This document shows, in pieces, positions 10,901 to 19,907 of a stretch of DNA of 51,550 nt. This DNA comes from Trichomonas gallinae (Eukaryota). The translations under genes and the position numbers were made by a program. The DNA is taken from contig MRSU01010481.1 in assembly GCA_008369845.1 (NCBI GenBank), positions 1 through 51,550 of the forward strand, in the 5' to 3' direction. Each line of letters begins with the position of its first letter. Position 1 is the first letter of the stretch. A model generated the notes under the pieces. That model made no database searches. It worked only from the letters and a program-made list of their open reading frames with translations, and was not told where the DNA came from.

Positions 10901-11584
10901 TGATGCGATTGTTCCTTCTTTCTTCAATACTTCATTGTTTTTAGGATTTTCAGCAACAGATTTGAAGTAAAAATCCAGAACAAAATTGATCAAGTCTGTT
11001 TTAAGATTTTCGTCAATATTTGTATTATTAATGATTTCAAAAACGCGATTTAACTGCTTTGTTGTAACTGATTGGAAGAAAGATTGGTTGCAACACTCGA
11101 AAACTAATTCTTTCAAATATTTCGACACGTTTGGATCTTCACAGAGAGTGAAGGCTGATGTAAACACTGATTCGAATATGCCTGTATTGCAGAAATCGGC
11201 TGAAAGCTTCTTATTTGAAATGGCAATTTTGAAGTATGAAATTGATTTCGAAATAACAGTCGAATCACTTTCAGATAAGTAAAACGCGTTCTCCATAAGT
11301 CGAAGGATGTTGTCATTAAGCTTTTCCACAATAACAACATCCGATGCTTTATTTAATATTTCGATAAAAGAGAGAAAATGTTTAGGAGAAGTAATATAAT
11401 TGATAGCATATTCAGTACATTTAGGCCAAACTTTGCCATGGACAATATTATAGTCATTAATTGATTTTAGGTAGTTGCAAATGTAATTAAACTCCTGAAA
11501 GCGTCGTATATTGTTTTGTTCGTCACAAAACTCATCGAACTTTTTCTCAAAGGCCTTCAAAGCCTCTGATTCAGGCGAATTCAT
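4997..11584 (-). CDS. Large BEACH-family protein: helical N-terminus, degenerate BEACH, WD40-like region, C-terminal Cys8 FYVE-like finger
   Basis: 2195-aa ORF. TKRWHQKMISSFQYVCVLNALGGYSYSDIDNFPCFP matches the BEACH start (WxxGEISNFEYLxxLNxLAGRSYNDLxQYPVFP). RDSLESENARVELQQW matches RxALESxxVSxxLHxW. The C-terminus is CAIC..CRVCGKFVCEQC..CRNC. Confidence 0.8.
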   Translation of the reverse strand: MNSPESEALKAFEKKFDEFCDEQNNIRRFQEFNYICNYLKSINDYNIVHGKVWPKCTEYAINYITSPKHFLSFIEILNKASDVVIVEKLNDNILRLMENAFYLSESDSTVISKSISYFKIAISNKKLSADFCNTGIFESVFTSAFTLCEDPNVSKYLKELVFECCNQSFFQSVTTKQLNRVFEIINNTNIDENLKTDLINFVLDFYFKSVAENPKNNEVLKKEGTIASILKFIDSFSEDQKQNTLEKLISSGGSISTDVIAQLLPQNTKPQAFISRSIINTADKFRGEVTKIHSIVPFSRWCDSDIDADEILNLISILQQADPTLISQCISPLINHLKPSNQVKSYIQTFMLIDNQLLRRMIKLSDLLQANFLNVFVIDAPEEYIIEFFKKSATFVQLILDVFSLCQDDEIHKKVIDKVFGLARYKDILTMLSTAISGFICVWPTSDAVNRVLNNIDRNKTGELAEGLISACTKSATVADLFVDSGGIHWTLENFYESSMSVKQLTLILASISSHSRYDMLDESINELPHDHPLFHIPSDLVEPIVFGMKNLTFYREIRVTSMFHLLPDKTIIDPYNLWKIGKKCFDRLSDEDKHKLLPLVANRYILPEQVEQIIKTAPRIDSCCNPEFDHFPLFQFYPGQGEFSIDADYILLSFWFKLGDFVSFEMTIFKNELLTITIRDSTLTAEVEKQKCHAEISPVEWNLIVIRLEVGIMASSLHVNTKSDELIFQPKKKVTMLKKATFGSTNQTIVLLGSSIRFSKSWVSDWSVLESRGPGSMKPIEGIKESLQITALNVDKSLLPKNCYNVHYFGLPRHLHNALHQQSLFKLLGDKEKAESALIAIANTQTITQNQLKHFIDRALLAIKEYQPQISSEIMKKQLMVLLSAYDNPKEEVFMMVFTDVELWEKVDNFTLLSTLLELFPNVIIKNIDSAELFLAERVLKNPTDHRLILLILNNIRKLTKTFKYIYNMLKSAPIIEKVDWDILRSRRPHELQISIAQCMADFISRENVDNIVSYVSFDELKYLMMSTKENLSATIYHLIATISFYIPAYMIIDMAFLSSVCRLAGFPIVWEDTMKLAQRDQQRTVKNISVVPILLQLIWSCAVSIFHSKGYKLDKENIRLLEIEAHMNNALALLMDIVPKIVETPLCMSILLYYYPLIMNFPYVFINDSDESERPAPINFESMNLQTMSEYNDTIWSNLETPKDLAFKPPKVPWTPLEYLRELIKEIFLSFDLPQAISEEQVYEIPETINWMKTNPLFIFMSDLLLKCSHSNFFLLARAFFIGTPFRYAQKPRQYAQNLLHILMSCMTVPLSPSIPFNKLFSFIHFLCGLNLLSDNAQQFISDILLLCSSIVWSFGEREILKYADQVYPILLQLMATAPDNQYEKIFGLLSKNSNILFSIVNQTKSHLQWIFFLSSFMNMGDAAKQLLNFNDVYETDKAKDSWGVFTSNFQKTFEDISKDIKSYKQAHFIDFAFISRETIKFMFISDCKSFVVGTMMNQALKYSNCVFTMLCDLRKWEVFRFRLMEKMRSSSNENPKDLFMSLKCLPYFPPKLLPPVAPNPGFDPFHKKHFIHRNACLPVFLRTFEKFGNPITMTSCVFIRYGDAIPSIFFAYQKSIVIVLFSTLKGDQMIMYDEYSSIFEESLLAGQIGKLYLFDNHFVIEVKQNDLLAIHCMKERMNIWSFSYGNFLLVFENEISGHLLNFVTKLDDEVTKTFLFDHLLDQIKTKEEATKRWHQKMISSFQYVCVLNALGGYSYSDIDNFPCFPPFLNPPEEDPGQPTPFPSGCMVSMSLSRIMPFNKLPKTEIQSNSVIAPVYSLAEQTMDDDTNHDIFKSMVLRDSLESENARVELQQWTRVHFTTKPIRTNSLELPSKVVQQDTYKTPYQSQLPPLSGRTSVLKSAMVEIVPNEIKLEIIDTITGKCYVRFIDHAFDQALSVATSQNGLFLVVDFSFGETRAYRVIYENDLPSGLMVLNTFATPCAPRSAVSGSNWLCATLFDNKVVLWDIFNGLIHRTITFNCHVFLALFDVPQSHVWVLCDDNKIYCYTVNATFLCSLDLADRKYSDIIFISTSYCTVYGIDQSREEVLSFHVSSSKKCVKMRVLGEEDKSQLMQASLQQYKLKKILCGDAQHATSVFFKAKKHRRRASYEHCAICNNPAKALCRVCGKFVCEQCSTLEAEGPLCRNCKEMIPQSV

Positions 11585-11614
11585 TAAAAATCTATTGACA
11601 AATTCAATTTACTA

Positions 11615-11757
11615 AAAACAGGGGATGGAAAATTATAAAAGGGGATAAATTCACCAGGGTCTGGAAAAATTAATATGGGGATTTTCATTATGGCAGGGGT
11701 TATAAAAATTAATTAGGTTCTAACTAGAATAAAGAAGCGTCTGGAAAATTAAATAGG
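11615..11757. repeat. Cluster of CAGGGG / CAGGGTCTGGAAAATT motifs directly upstream of the BEACH gene
   Basis: G-run motifs at about 11620, 11640, 11655, 11676 and 11694, then a unit AGGTTCTAACTAGAATAAAGAAGCGTCTGGAAAATT at about 11716 that resembles the 12090 array. Confidence 0.65.
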
Positions 11758-12089
11758 CTATTTGAAGAGTTTTGCTCAAGAAATGGGAGTATTTGATGCG
11801 ATTTTAATCAACCTGCATCTATTTCTACAGACAAGAACATTTAATCACCCTGATGCTTAATATACATGTATAATCATAGTCATTGCTGTCAATGGAGATG
11901 CTCTTAGGCTCATAATTACAACTTTTTTGCATAATATAAGTGCATAAATACATGCTTTTGAAAGTGTGCCGAGTTTTGTCTGTAAATGCTAAATATAGAT
12001 GCAATAACTTGTGTACATGCTATGATATACGGTGAAGTGAGCTGATTTCGAAAGATATTTTTATATCAATACCTTCTGTAACATTTACC

Positions 12090-12280
12090 GAGGTTCTAAC
12101 TAATATAACAGGGCCTGGAAGTTTAATTAAGTAGTTTTTATATTATAACAGGATCTGAAAAATTTAATGAAGCGAATTTAAATTAACAGAGGTGATAAAA
12201 ATTGATGAGGTACTAATAAATATAGAAGGGTCTGAAGAATTTAATGAGGTACTAAGAAATATAGCAGGGATGATAGGATT
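12090..12280. repeat. Degenerate tandem array, unit about 39 nt (GAGGTWCTAA..TATAACAGGGTCTGAAAAATTTAAT), 5 copies
   Basis: AGG/CAG cores at about 12111, 12151, 12189, 12228 and 12267 (spacing 38-40). Confidence 0.75.
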
Positions 12281-12324
12281 ATGTATGTAAACTTTTCATT
12301 TCTTGTGGTATGGTGTGGAGAAAG

Positions 12325-13134
12325 TTATTTTGAGGCTTTCTTCAATTCCAAATATGAATCATTTAATAATTGATTAATTATCATGTGCATGTTCTTAGTT
12401 CTAAGTTCGTACTCGTATGAATTGCGATAGTGATCAATAACTTTGGATTTTCCTGCTGTGTTTTTGAGATTTTCAAGTGTTTTTGTTAAACTTCTTTCTT
12501 CATCTTCAAGATTTTTAGTATTTTCTATGTTTTTGTTTATTAAATTCAGTTTTTCTTGTAGTTCTTTATATTCTGCTTCGAGATTTATCAAATCTAATTC
12601 TTTCTGAGTTATTAATTCTAATTTCTTGTTGACTAAATTGAGTTTATCTTTCTTAATCTTGAGTTGTATAGAATACTCTTGAATCATTGCCTGTGGATCT
12701 AATGCCATTCTGTATTTTTGATAACGAATTTTCTGAATTTCTGTCAAATCTGTGCCATTCATCAATGAAACATCTTTGGATTTTTCTGTATTTTCTTTTT
12801 GAAGAGAATAATAAGTGGTTTTAAGCTGTTCGTTCTCTCTAACGAGATCTTGAAGTTCGATTTCTTTTTCTTCAATGAGAGATGCTGCATTTTCTGGTAT
12901 ATTTGCCTGTATTTCTTCGATGCGCCTCGAATATTCTCTAATATTTTCTTCCTCTGCGCGTTTTAAATTTTCATATTTTTCAATTTCTTCGACATAATGC
13001 TGTAATTGTGCCTTTAAATCTTCTACAATCACCGGCTTAGCTTGACTGAATGTTTGTCGCTCATTTGCTTTCTTTGTTACTTCTTTGCGATTAAACAAGC
13101 TACGAACAACATTCATAAATATGCGTTTTATCAT
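12325..13134 (-). CDS. Coiled-coil protein, function unknown
   Basis: 269-aa ORF rich in E/K/L/N with heptad patterning. Confidence 0.7.
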   Translation of the reverse strand: MIKRIFMNVVRSLFNRKEVTKKANERQTFSQAKPVIVEDLKAQLQHYVEEIEKYENLKRAEEENIREYSRRIEEIQANIPENAASLIEEKEIELQDLVRENEQLKTTYYSLQKENTEKSKDVSLMNGTDLTEIQKIRYQKYRMALDPQAMIQEYSIQLKIKKDKLNLVNKKLELITQKELDLINLEAEYKELQEKLNLINKNIENTKNLEDEERSLTKTLENLKNTAGKSKVIDHYRNSYEYELRTKNMHMIINQLLNDSYLELKKASK

Positions 13135-13344
13135 TAGAAATATTCATTTACTACTCGAAATATTGATACCTTAACAGTTTATACTAAGAAATAATTGATA
13201 TATTTTATTGAAAAATTATTATTTTAAATTATCTAATAAGTACACTTATTAAATGAGTAATTTACTCGTAATATAAACAATAGTATAAATAAAAACATAC
13301 GATTATTGAGATCTAAAAACAACAATAAAACATTTTGATTTTGT

Positions 13345-15225
13345 TCATTTCTTTGATGTTACATTGAGTTTAGCAATGTTTTGGAATATGACGTACATGT
13401 CATTACTAAAAACTTCTTTGAGTACTTTTTTGAGATTCGTTCTGAACTGATTTGCATTAGGATGTGCAGCATAGAACATGATGTAGTCCATGTATGGGTA
13501 TGTAAAGTTCGAAAAATCGATTCTTTTGATTAAATTAAAATTAGAATCGAAATCATCAATCAAAAACTGTGCCAGAGTGTTATTAACATATATAAATTGT
13601 CTTCCTGCCTTTGTGAGAATTGGATTCCAGTTTATATCTAATTTGCCGTGAAACACTGATTTCATTGAAGTATTTGCTACAACCCATTCAACAACCTCTG
13701 TTTCATTGTCAGTGTAGCGCTCTATTGGTTTATTATTGTTCTGATATAAACCCATTGAAGCAGATAAAATTCCGAAAATGAAAACAAAGAAAATAACAGA
13801 AAGGTAAGCACCTTTCGCTTCTTCATTACGAATACTATTCAAAAACCTAGAAAATCCCTTGAATGAATAAGAAATTATTATTGGTGATAAAACGCAGAGT
13901 ATAATAACGAAATTCTGGCGATGATAAGGTTGCAAAGTATATAAACAGCAGAAACGATATATAAATGCAATCAAAAAGATGTTTGTTAAATTTTTCTTCG
14001 ATATCGACAAAATATATCCATAAAAATGAATTCCATAGCATGCAATCCAGAAGGAAATAAAAGGCAATGCAGAATTAGCGCAGTCTTTCCACATTGGATA
14101 AGATCCTTTTGTGAAATCTATATTTGTAATGAAATAAATGGAGAAATTCGCTGTGGCCATTATAGCTCGTATTTTAGCATTTTTGAATGCAATTTTAACC
14201 CTAGAAAGCATGAAAGAACCGAATTTTATTTCATTCATAAATTTTTCGAAATTATTGCAATAAAATAAGTAAATTATCATAGCAATGAATCCATTTTGAG
14301 GTCTATTAAGGGAATTTAATATTAATGCAATGCCAGCACACAGATAATCATCGCTTTCCATTAAAATAAACATAAATATCGATAAACACAGCGAATTCGA
14401 AGCAACACGTGATGTAAGGAAACATTCTCGCATTGGATGTCCCCAAAATATTGACTTTGTCCTTGATAAAACGTGAACATAATCAACTTTGCGATTTAAT
14501 CGATTATGATCATCAGTCCAATTATAGAAACCAAATCCACCTGTAAGAAAAATTGTAAATGCTGAGAAAATAGATATTATAACTGATTTTGTTAATCTAA
14601 ATGTCAAAGAATATTGCAATAAAAACGCCGAAATGAATAAATAGAATGTTTGTATTTGTATCGAAAATGTGATAGGAACTCCACCTATTTTCATCAATGC
14701 GCAGTAAAATGGTGGATAACAATCGCTATATATTTTAAATTTGTAATAAAGAGGATTATGGAACGGTGTAATAATTCCTCTCCTCTTGTTGATTCCTTTT
14801 ACAAAGGATGAAATCAAAGAAAACTCTAATTGCATTATATAATTTCCATCTGCTGAAATTTCGCCTTTTTCAGGGAAAATTGTTTCGATCAAGACAATTG
14901 AAAGCATTGCATGGACTATAATCGATATAATAAGCAATGGTTTAAAATGAATTTTTTTGAATTGATGTTTTTTGTTGATAGAATGTAATTCAAATGTGAT
15001 AAAAGAGATAGTTCCGATATGTATAATAAGATGTAGAAGCGTTAATCCGAATATTTGGTTTAAAATCAGCGAGATCAAAACTGAAAACATCATTCCTACG
15101 GGATAAGCGGCTCCAATCATATCCAGCGTGTTTATTTTCTTGTTTGCTTTAAAATGGATCAATTCGAAGCCAAACCAAGCAGTTAGAAAAGGAAGAAAAA
15201 ATGTGATGTAACCTAAGACTTTCAT
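13345..15225 (-). CDS. Polytopic membrane protein, possibly GT-C-fold glycosyltransferase-like
   Basis: 626 aa with more than 10 hydrophobic segments, a GGFGF motif, and a soluble C-terminal domain (EVVEWVVANTSMKSVF...KAGRQ). The GT-C call is inferred from topology only. Confidence 0.6.
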   Translation of the reverse strand: MKVLGYITFFLPFLTAWFGFELIHFKANKKINTLDMIGAAYPVGMMFSVLISLILNQIFGLTLLHLIIHIGTISFITFELHSINKKHQFKKIHFKPLLIISIIVHAMLSIVLIETIFPEKGEISADGNYIMQLEFSLISSFVKGINKRRGIITPFHNPLYYKFKIYSDCYPPFYCALMKIGGVPITFSIQIQTFYLFISAFLLQYSLTFRLTKSVIISIFSAFTIFLTGGFGFYNWTDDHNRLNRKVDYVHVLSRTKSIFWGHPMRECFLTSRVASNSLCLSIFMFILMESDDYLCAGIALILNSLNRPQNGFIAMIIYLFYCNNFEKFMNEIKFGSFMLSRVKIAFKNAKIRAIMATANFSIYFITNIDFTKGSYPMWKDCANSALPFISFWIACYGIHFYGYILSISKKNLTNIFLIAFIYRFCCLYTLQPYHRQNFVIILCVLSPIIISYSFKGFSRFLNSIRNEEAKGAYLSVIFFVFIFGILSASMGLYQNNNKPIERYTDNETEVVEWVVANTSMKSVFHGKLDINWNPILTKAGRQFIYVNNTLAQFLIDDFDSNFNLIKRIDFSNFTYPYMDYIMFYAAHPNANQFRTNLKKVLKEVFSNDMYVIFQNIAKLNVTSKK

Positions 15226-15340
15226 GTATATAAAAAATGAAGTTTGCTAGAGATAAACTTTTTATTAAAAATATGAAATAAATACGGGATAAACAGAATC
15301 GCAGATTATTTGATATTTTTCGACAAATATACAAAATATT

Positions 15341-16009
15341 TTAGCTCTGGGGCTCCTCTGGTGAAGGTGGCACTGGTGGTGCATCAGGCTGTGCTGGTTT
15401 AGCATTTTCTTCGTCCGTTGGATAAATTGCAGGTTCTATCTTGTATGTTTGCACGAAGGTTGATCGTGTGGCATCATAGTTAGGCCCTGTCTTAGCTTCA
15501 ACGAAATAATCCTCGTTTCTAGACCAAAGCAATAATTCTTTCTGATTTGGAGGAATTTCTCTAATAAGAGGCATACCTTCTATATTATTAGCAACACAGT
15601 CGACTGTCTGACCAATTTGATCCAAGGCGCTGAAATTCAAAACATAATCGCCCGTTGGGAGTAAAATTTTAGGCATAACGTAGTCAGGATCTGCTTCTGG
15701 TGTTGATTCACAAGGTGGTGGCAAGAAACCTTTAGGAAGAACATCTGTTCCAAATTTTTCTTTGACAAATTTCAAGGAGCCTTCCATTGCTGTAATATCT
15801 TTTGTCATAACATCGTACTCGTCTATCACTGAATTTATCTCGCCAAGACATTGCTTGGACAAGCTAAGAACTTTGTCTTTTAAGTTATTCATTTCGGAAG
15901 TGAGAAGCTCTTGCTGTTTAGCCGGATTTAGAGGGTTTACGCGTATGTCTGATTCTATAGACTCTAATTTCGATATGTTAGCTTCAAGATCTCGAATAAT
16001 AGGATCCAT
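15341..16009 (-). CDS. Hypothetical protein (N-terminal coiled coil, Pro-rich tail)
   Basis: The ORF track starts at TTG 16051. The first ATG is at 16009 (MDPIIRDLE), downstream of a TCACTTTT Inr. Confidence 0.75.
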   Translation of the reverse strand: MDPIIRDLEANISKLESIESDIRVNPLNPAKQQELLTSEMNNLKDKVLSLSKQCLGEINSVIDEYDVMTKDITAMEGSLKFVKEKFGTDVLPKGFLPPPCESTPEADPDYVMPKILLPTGDYVLNFSALDQIGQTVDCVANNIEGMPLIREIPPNQKELLLWSRNEDYFVEAKTGPNYDATRSTFVQTYKIEPAIYPTDEENAKPAQPDAPPVPPSPEEPQS

Positions 16010-16026
16010 CTCAAAGTCTTTTGAGT

Positions 16027-16048
16027 TCACTTTTCGATCGAAAAGTGA
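16027..16048. promoter_or_regulatory. Perfect 22-bp palindrome of two inverted Inr-like TCACTTTT elements
   Basis: TCACTTTTCGATCGAAAAGTGA, 18 nt upstream of the ATG at 16009. Confidence 0.7.
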
Positions 16049-16548
16049 CAATTTTTTTCAAACTACAGACAACTTCTAGTAAACATTCATCTTCTTCCTC
16101 TTCTTGTTTTGGAAAATATAAATAATAAAACCTGGACCTTCTCCGCTGGATAAAAAAAAAATTGATTTTCAAAATAACGTCGATATCATCAAACAGGTTT
16201 ATTTTTAAAACGTGTGTGATTTACACATCTATGTTTTGGTTGTATTTTCTAGATTTCTGTGGTTTTGACAAGTTTTGGAAAAAGTGGAAAATCCGATACA
16301 TAAAAATACTAAACTGATGCATTGTCGATTACAAATCCAAAAACAGTTTTGTTTAATTTTGTACATCTTAATATTCTTTTCATTCATTAGTTTTATCACT
16401 TTTCCTTAATCCAGTGTTAAAAAGCAATAACAAATAAATAGGTATACAAGCATTTGCATTGCAAAATGATAAGACTATGGTTAGAATCTTTCAATGCAAA
16501 AGCATTTCATTTTGATATTTGTACTGTGAGCAAATTCGATAATTATTG

Positions 16549-17934
16549 CTAGTCATCGTTAGAAAAATATCCTAGGAATCTATTTAATACTTCTTCTTTG
16601 ATTTTGTAATTTGGATAAGAAGAATCAATCTCATCTAAAGCATCATCAATGAACTCAAAGCCTTCATTTTCACTGAAGATTTTACATATTCTATTCATAA
16701 TTGCTAATTCCGATTGAGCAATATCGATGATTTGGAGCATTATATCTGCAACTTTATAAGCTGCATCAACTGTATCAACATTCAAAAAGTTGCACAAAAA
16801 CAAAAGTAATTCTTCGGTGCATATATCATTCATTTCTAATGGACAATTTTCTAAGAAAATCTTGATCATAGACAGGACTTTCTCCTTGATTGGTAATACA
16901 GCAGTGCTGAATAGATAATTATAGGGAAGATCTGAGATTTTGATGTAAATTTGCATAATTAACATTTGATTTTCAGTAAATCTTCTTATTTGAATAATCA
17001 TTGATATATTTGCCATGATTACATTAGAATCACCAAATAATCCTGAGAAAAGATCATCAATAATAAAGAATTTAGATAACATATCAATAACTTCTGTTCC
17101 ATTTGTTGCTAGTGATGAAATAAGGTTGAATGCATGTTTTCTAATTAGAGGACTGCTGTGGTAAAGGCATTCTTTGATTCGATTTAAAATCTCAAAATTA
17201 CTTAATATGTAGCAAACGACATCACCTACTTCATTTGCTGCTTTAAATGCTTTTATAGCTTGTTTAAGTATTTCAACATCATCATAATACATAAATTTTC
17301 CAATATAATTAATTATTTGATCATATGTTTGTGATGAGTTAATCATTCCTGGCATTTTGAGTAAATATCTAAGTAATCTTAAGATATCATGTGAGTATTC
17401 TTTCAAATTTTCGTTTGTTAATAAAGTATCAATAATTCCTGACTCAATTAATGCATAAGTGTATTCATGGGAATCTATTTTGGATATAGAGCTAATAATT
17501 TCTATAATTGCAAGTGGATATGTATCATATGTTGCACAATCAATGAACACTGTATTCAACAATTCGAAAAAATCTGTTCTAAGAATTGTTTCACGTATTG
17601 TTTCCATAAATTTCTCTTCAATATATGTAAATATTGTAGAAAAACAAAGCAAAACATCAGAGAGCAAAATATTACTTTGCATCAATTTAATTAAATCCAA
17701 AATGAACATTGAGTCAATTTGTGTAAGTGCTCTTGGCCTATCATTTATAATAGTAATGAGTTGCTGTAATTGTTCCAATCTAAATGTCGAAATATTTAAT
17801 TCAGTGAGAATCTTTGCGAATTCTTCTTGATCATACTTTCTTTCAAGCGGCAATTTAGACTTAATCTTTTTCTCTTGCTTTTCATCAAATGCTCGCTCAA
17901 CCTTTACTTCTTCTTCCTTATATTCAACATCCAT
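16549..17934 (-). CDS. ARM/HEAT-like alpha-solenoid protein
   Basis: First ATG at 17934 (MDVEYKEEE); the ORF-track start at 18000 is TTG. Amphipathic helical repeats such as LYHSSPLIRKHAFNLISSLA and acidic composition. Confidence 0.7.
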   Translation of the reverse strand: MDVEYKEEEVKVERAFDEKQEKKIKSKLPLERKYDQEEFAKILTELNISTFRLEQLQQLITIINDRPRALTQIDSMFILDLIKLMQSNILLSDVLLCFSTIFTYIEEKFMETIRETILRTDFFELLNTVFIDCATYDTYPLAIIEIISSISKIDSHEYTYALIESGIIDTLLTNENLKEYSHDILRLLRYLLKMPGMINSSQTYDQIINYIGKFMYYDDVEILKQAIKAFKAANEVGDVVCYILSNFEILNRIKECLYHSSPLIRKHAFNLISSLATNGTEVIDMLSKFFIIDDLFSGLFGDSNVIMANISMIIQIRRFTENQMLIMQIYIKISDLPYNYLFSTAVLPIKEKVLSMIKIFLENCPLEMNDICTEELLLFLCNFLNVDTVDAAYKVADIMLQIIDIAQSELAIMNRICKIFSENEGFEFIDDALDEIDSSYPNYKIKEEVLNRFLGYFSNDD

Positions 17935-18697
17935 CTTTATTTTGGAAAAATCAGAGTCAAAATCATTTTCATTTACATGGCAAAAATAAAATTTTGGCAA
18001 ACATATCGTAATTTACATGACAAAAATTTTCGTATTGCATTATATCTATCAAAAGACATTATATCATATATATAGGATAGTACAAAAAGATATAAATGGA
18101 CTAATATCAGCATATTACATCACAACAATAGAACTTGATGTTTTGGGTCTATGTTACATGTCAAAAGTTGATAATGTCAAAAAAAGACAAATATATATTA
18201 TGGGTAATGTCATTAATTTCCTTGCTCTCATTAATAAAATATGAAGCATAGAATGTATGTAGAAAGGGTTGTATACGATCAGATATATTACCTGGTTTTA
18301 TAATGAGCCATACCCATAGATAAACTGAAACCGAAAATTAATTTTTCAAAAATGTCGTAACTTTACATGTCAAGAATTTCAAATGAAGTACTTGACCCAT
18401 TATGGTTCCTTGTTCACACTTAAGATTAGATATTTAGAATCCATCGACGTCAATTTAACAATCAGACTCAAGAAACCATAGAAACTAAATCTGAATAAGA
18501 TATGTCATGATATTTGTTGATCTAATATAAACTGAAACACATATATCATATTAATGAGTCGGATTATGTACGATCAGATGTATTCATCAAAAAAATTGAA
18601 AATTCATATAAAATCTAATTGAAGATTTTTGAAGCATATGTATAATAACAAAGTTTATTCATCATATTATATATAAATATGTCATTAACGGATGAAA

Positions 18698-19063
18698 TTA
18701 GATTTCATCACCAAACATTTGATCGACATCTTCATCACCTTCAAGTAAAATATAAACTTCTTGACCATTTTCAACTTGTAATGCTATTGGAGTCTGCATT
18801 TCGAGAAGTTTGTTATGATATTTAACGCCTCTGCAGTTCATTTTTTCGAATTGAGAGCGTTTGTATTTAAATAAAACTACATCTGCAAGCCACTCAACTG
18901 TTTGTGAACCATCTGCAATATTAATAGTGTAGGACTTGTCTCTGATAAATGCAACGACAGTCCTAGTGCTATTAGTCAAAGTTTCAACGATTGTCGGTTG
19001 TGGAGTTTCTTTTTCTGTCTTTTCTGCTGGTTTTGTGTTTGTTTTTTCGTTTTCGTTTGACAT
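18698..19063 (-). CDS. Small ubiquitin-like-fold protein (Par3/HAL N-terminal-like)
   Basis: VVAFIRDKSYTINIADGSQTVEWLADVVLFKY resembles the Par3/HAL N-terminal pattern VxVRxxxxxVPCxDGxxTVxWLxxxAxxRY. It ends ..VENGQEVYILL. Confidence 0.55.
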   Translation of the reverse strand: MSNENEKTNTKPAEKTEKETPQPTIVETLTNSTRTVVAFIRDKSYTINIADGSQTVEWLADVVLFKYKRSQFEKMNCRGVKYHNKLLEMQTPIALQVENGQEVYILLEGDEDVDQMFGDEI

Positions 19064-19907
19064 TTTGTATATATGACGCTTTACATTATAACGTATAAAT
19101 TACATGTCATAAACACTAATGAAAAATCTCAAAAGAATTTTTATAGTTTATTTTACCGAATGTGATATATTTTCAAAGAAAAATTTAAAGTTTTTTTAGG
19201 AGTCGTCAAATTCAAAACGTGACAATTTGGCAAATAAAATTTTTTTTTGTAAGGAAATGAATTTAACACTCGCAATCATCTCCAGTCATTAAGCGTAATA
19301 TCGAAGTTTCAACCTTAATAACTTGATTGAGACTGACCAACTTGAGCGTTTTACAAAACTTTTGATAAGTTTACGAATTTATGTAAACAATCAATCGATT
19401 ATATTTTGAAGAAATTATTTGCGTATACGCTAAATTCCTTTGAACTCCAGCTAAAGCATCGCATAGTTATTGCTATTATAAGAAATAAACATGATATTGC
19501 TGTATGAAATTTGTTGGTCAATGCGATTCAGAAATGTCGATCCCGATCTATATATATACACTCATTTCTGTCAGTGTAAACATATAATATCACAAATAAC
19601 GCGCTAATTTCAAATTTGCTGTTCGTCGAAAAAAAATCATAAAAAAGTCAGAAATAAATTTATTTTTTTATTTGTATTCATTTTACTATTTTATTTGTTA
19701 TATCGATTAAGCTATTTTAGAAAGGCCTATTTTTGCAATAAAAACAAGCAATGAAGTGATGATCCCCACCCAAAAAACAAAAATCGCCAAAAACATGATA
19801 AATAGAGCTACTAATATCTAAAAAGGCTAAATATGTAATAAAAGTAGATATCGGCAAAAATAATATTTTTTTGATAAGATGTAAAGTCTCTACAAATATA
19901 AAAAAAA

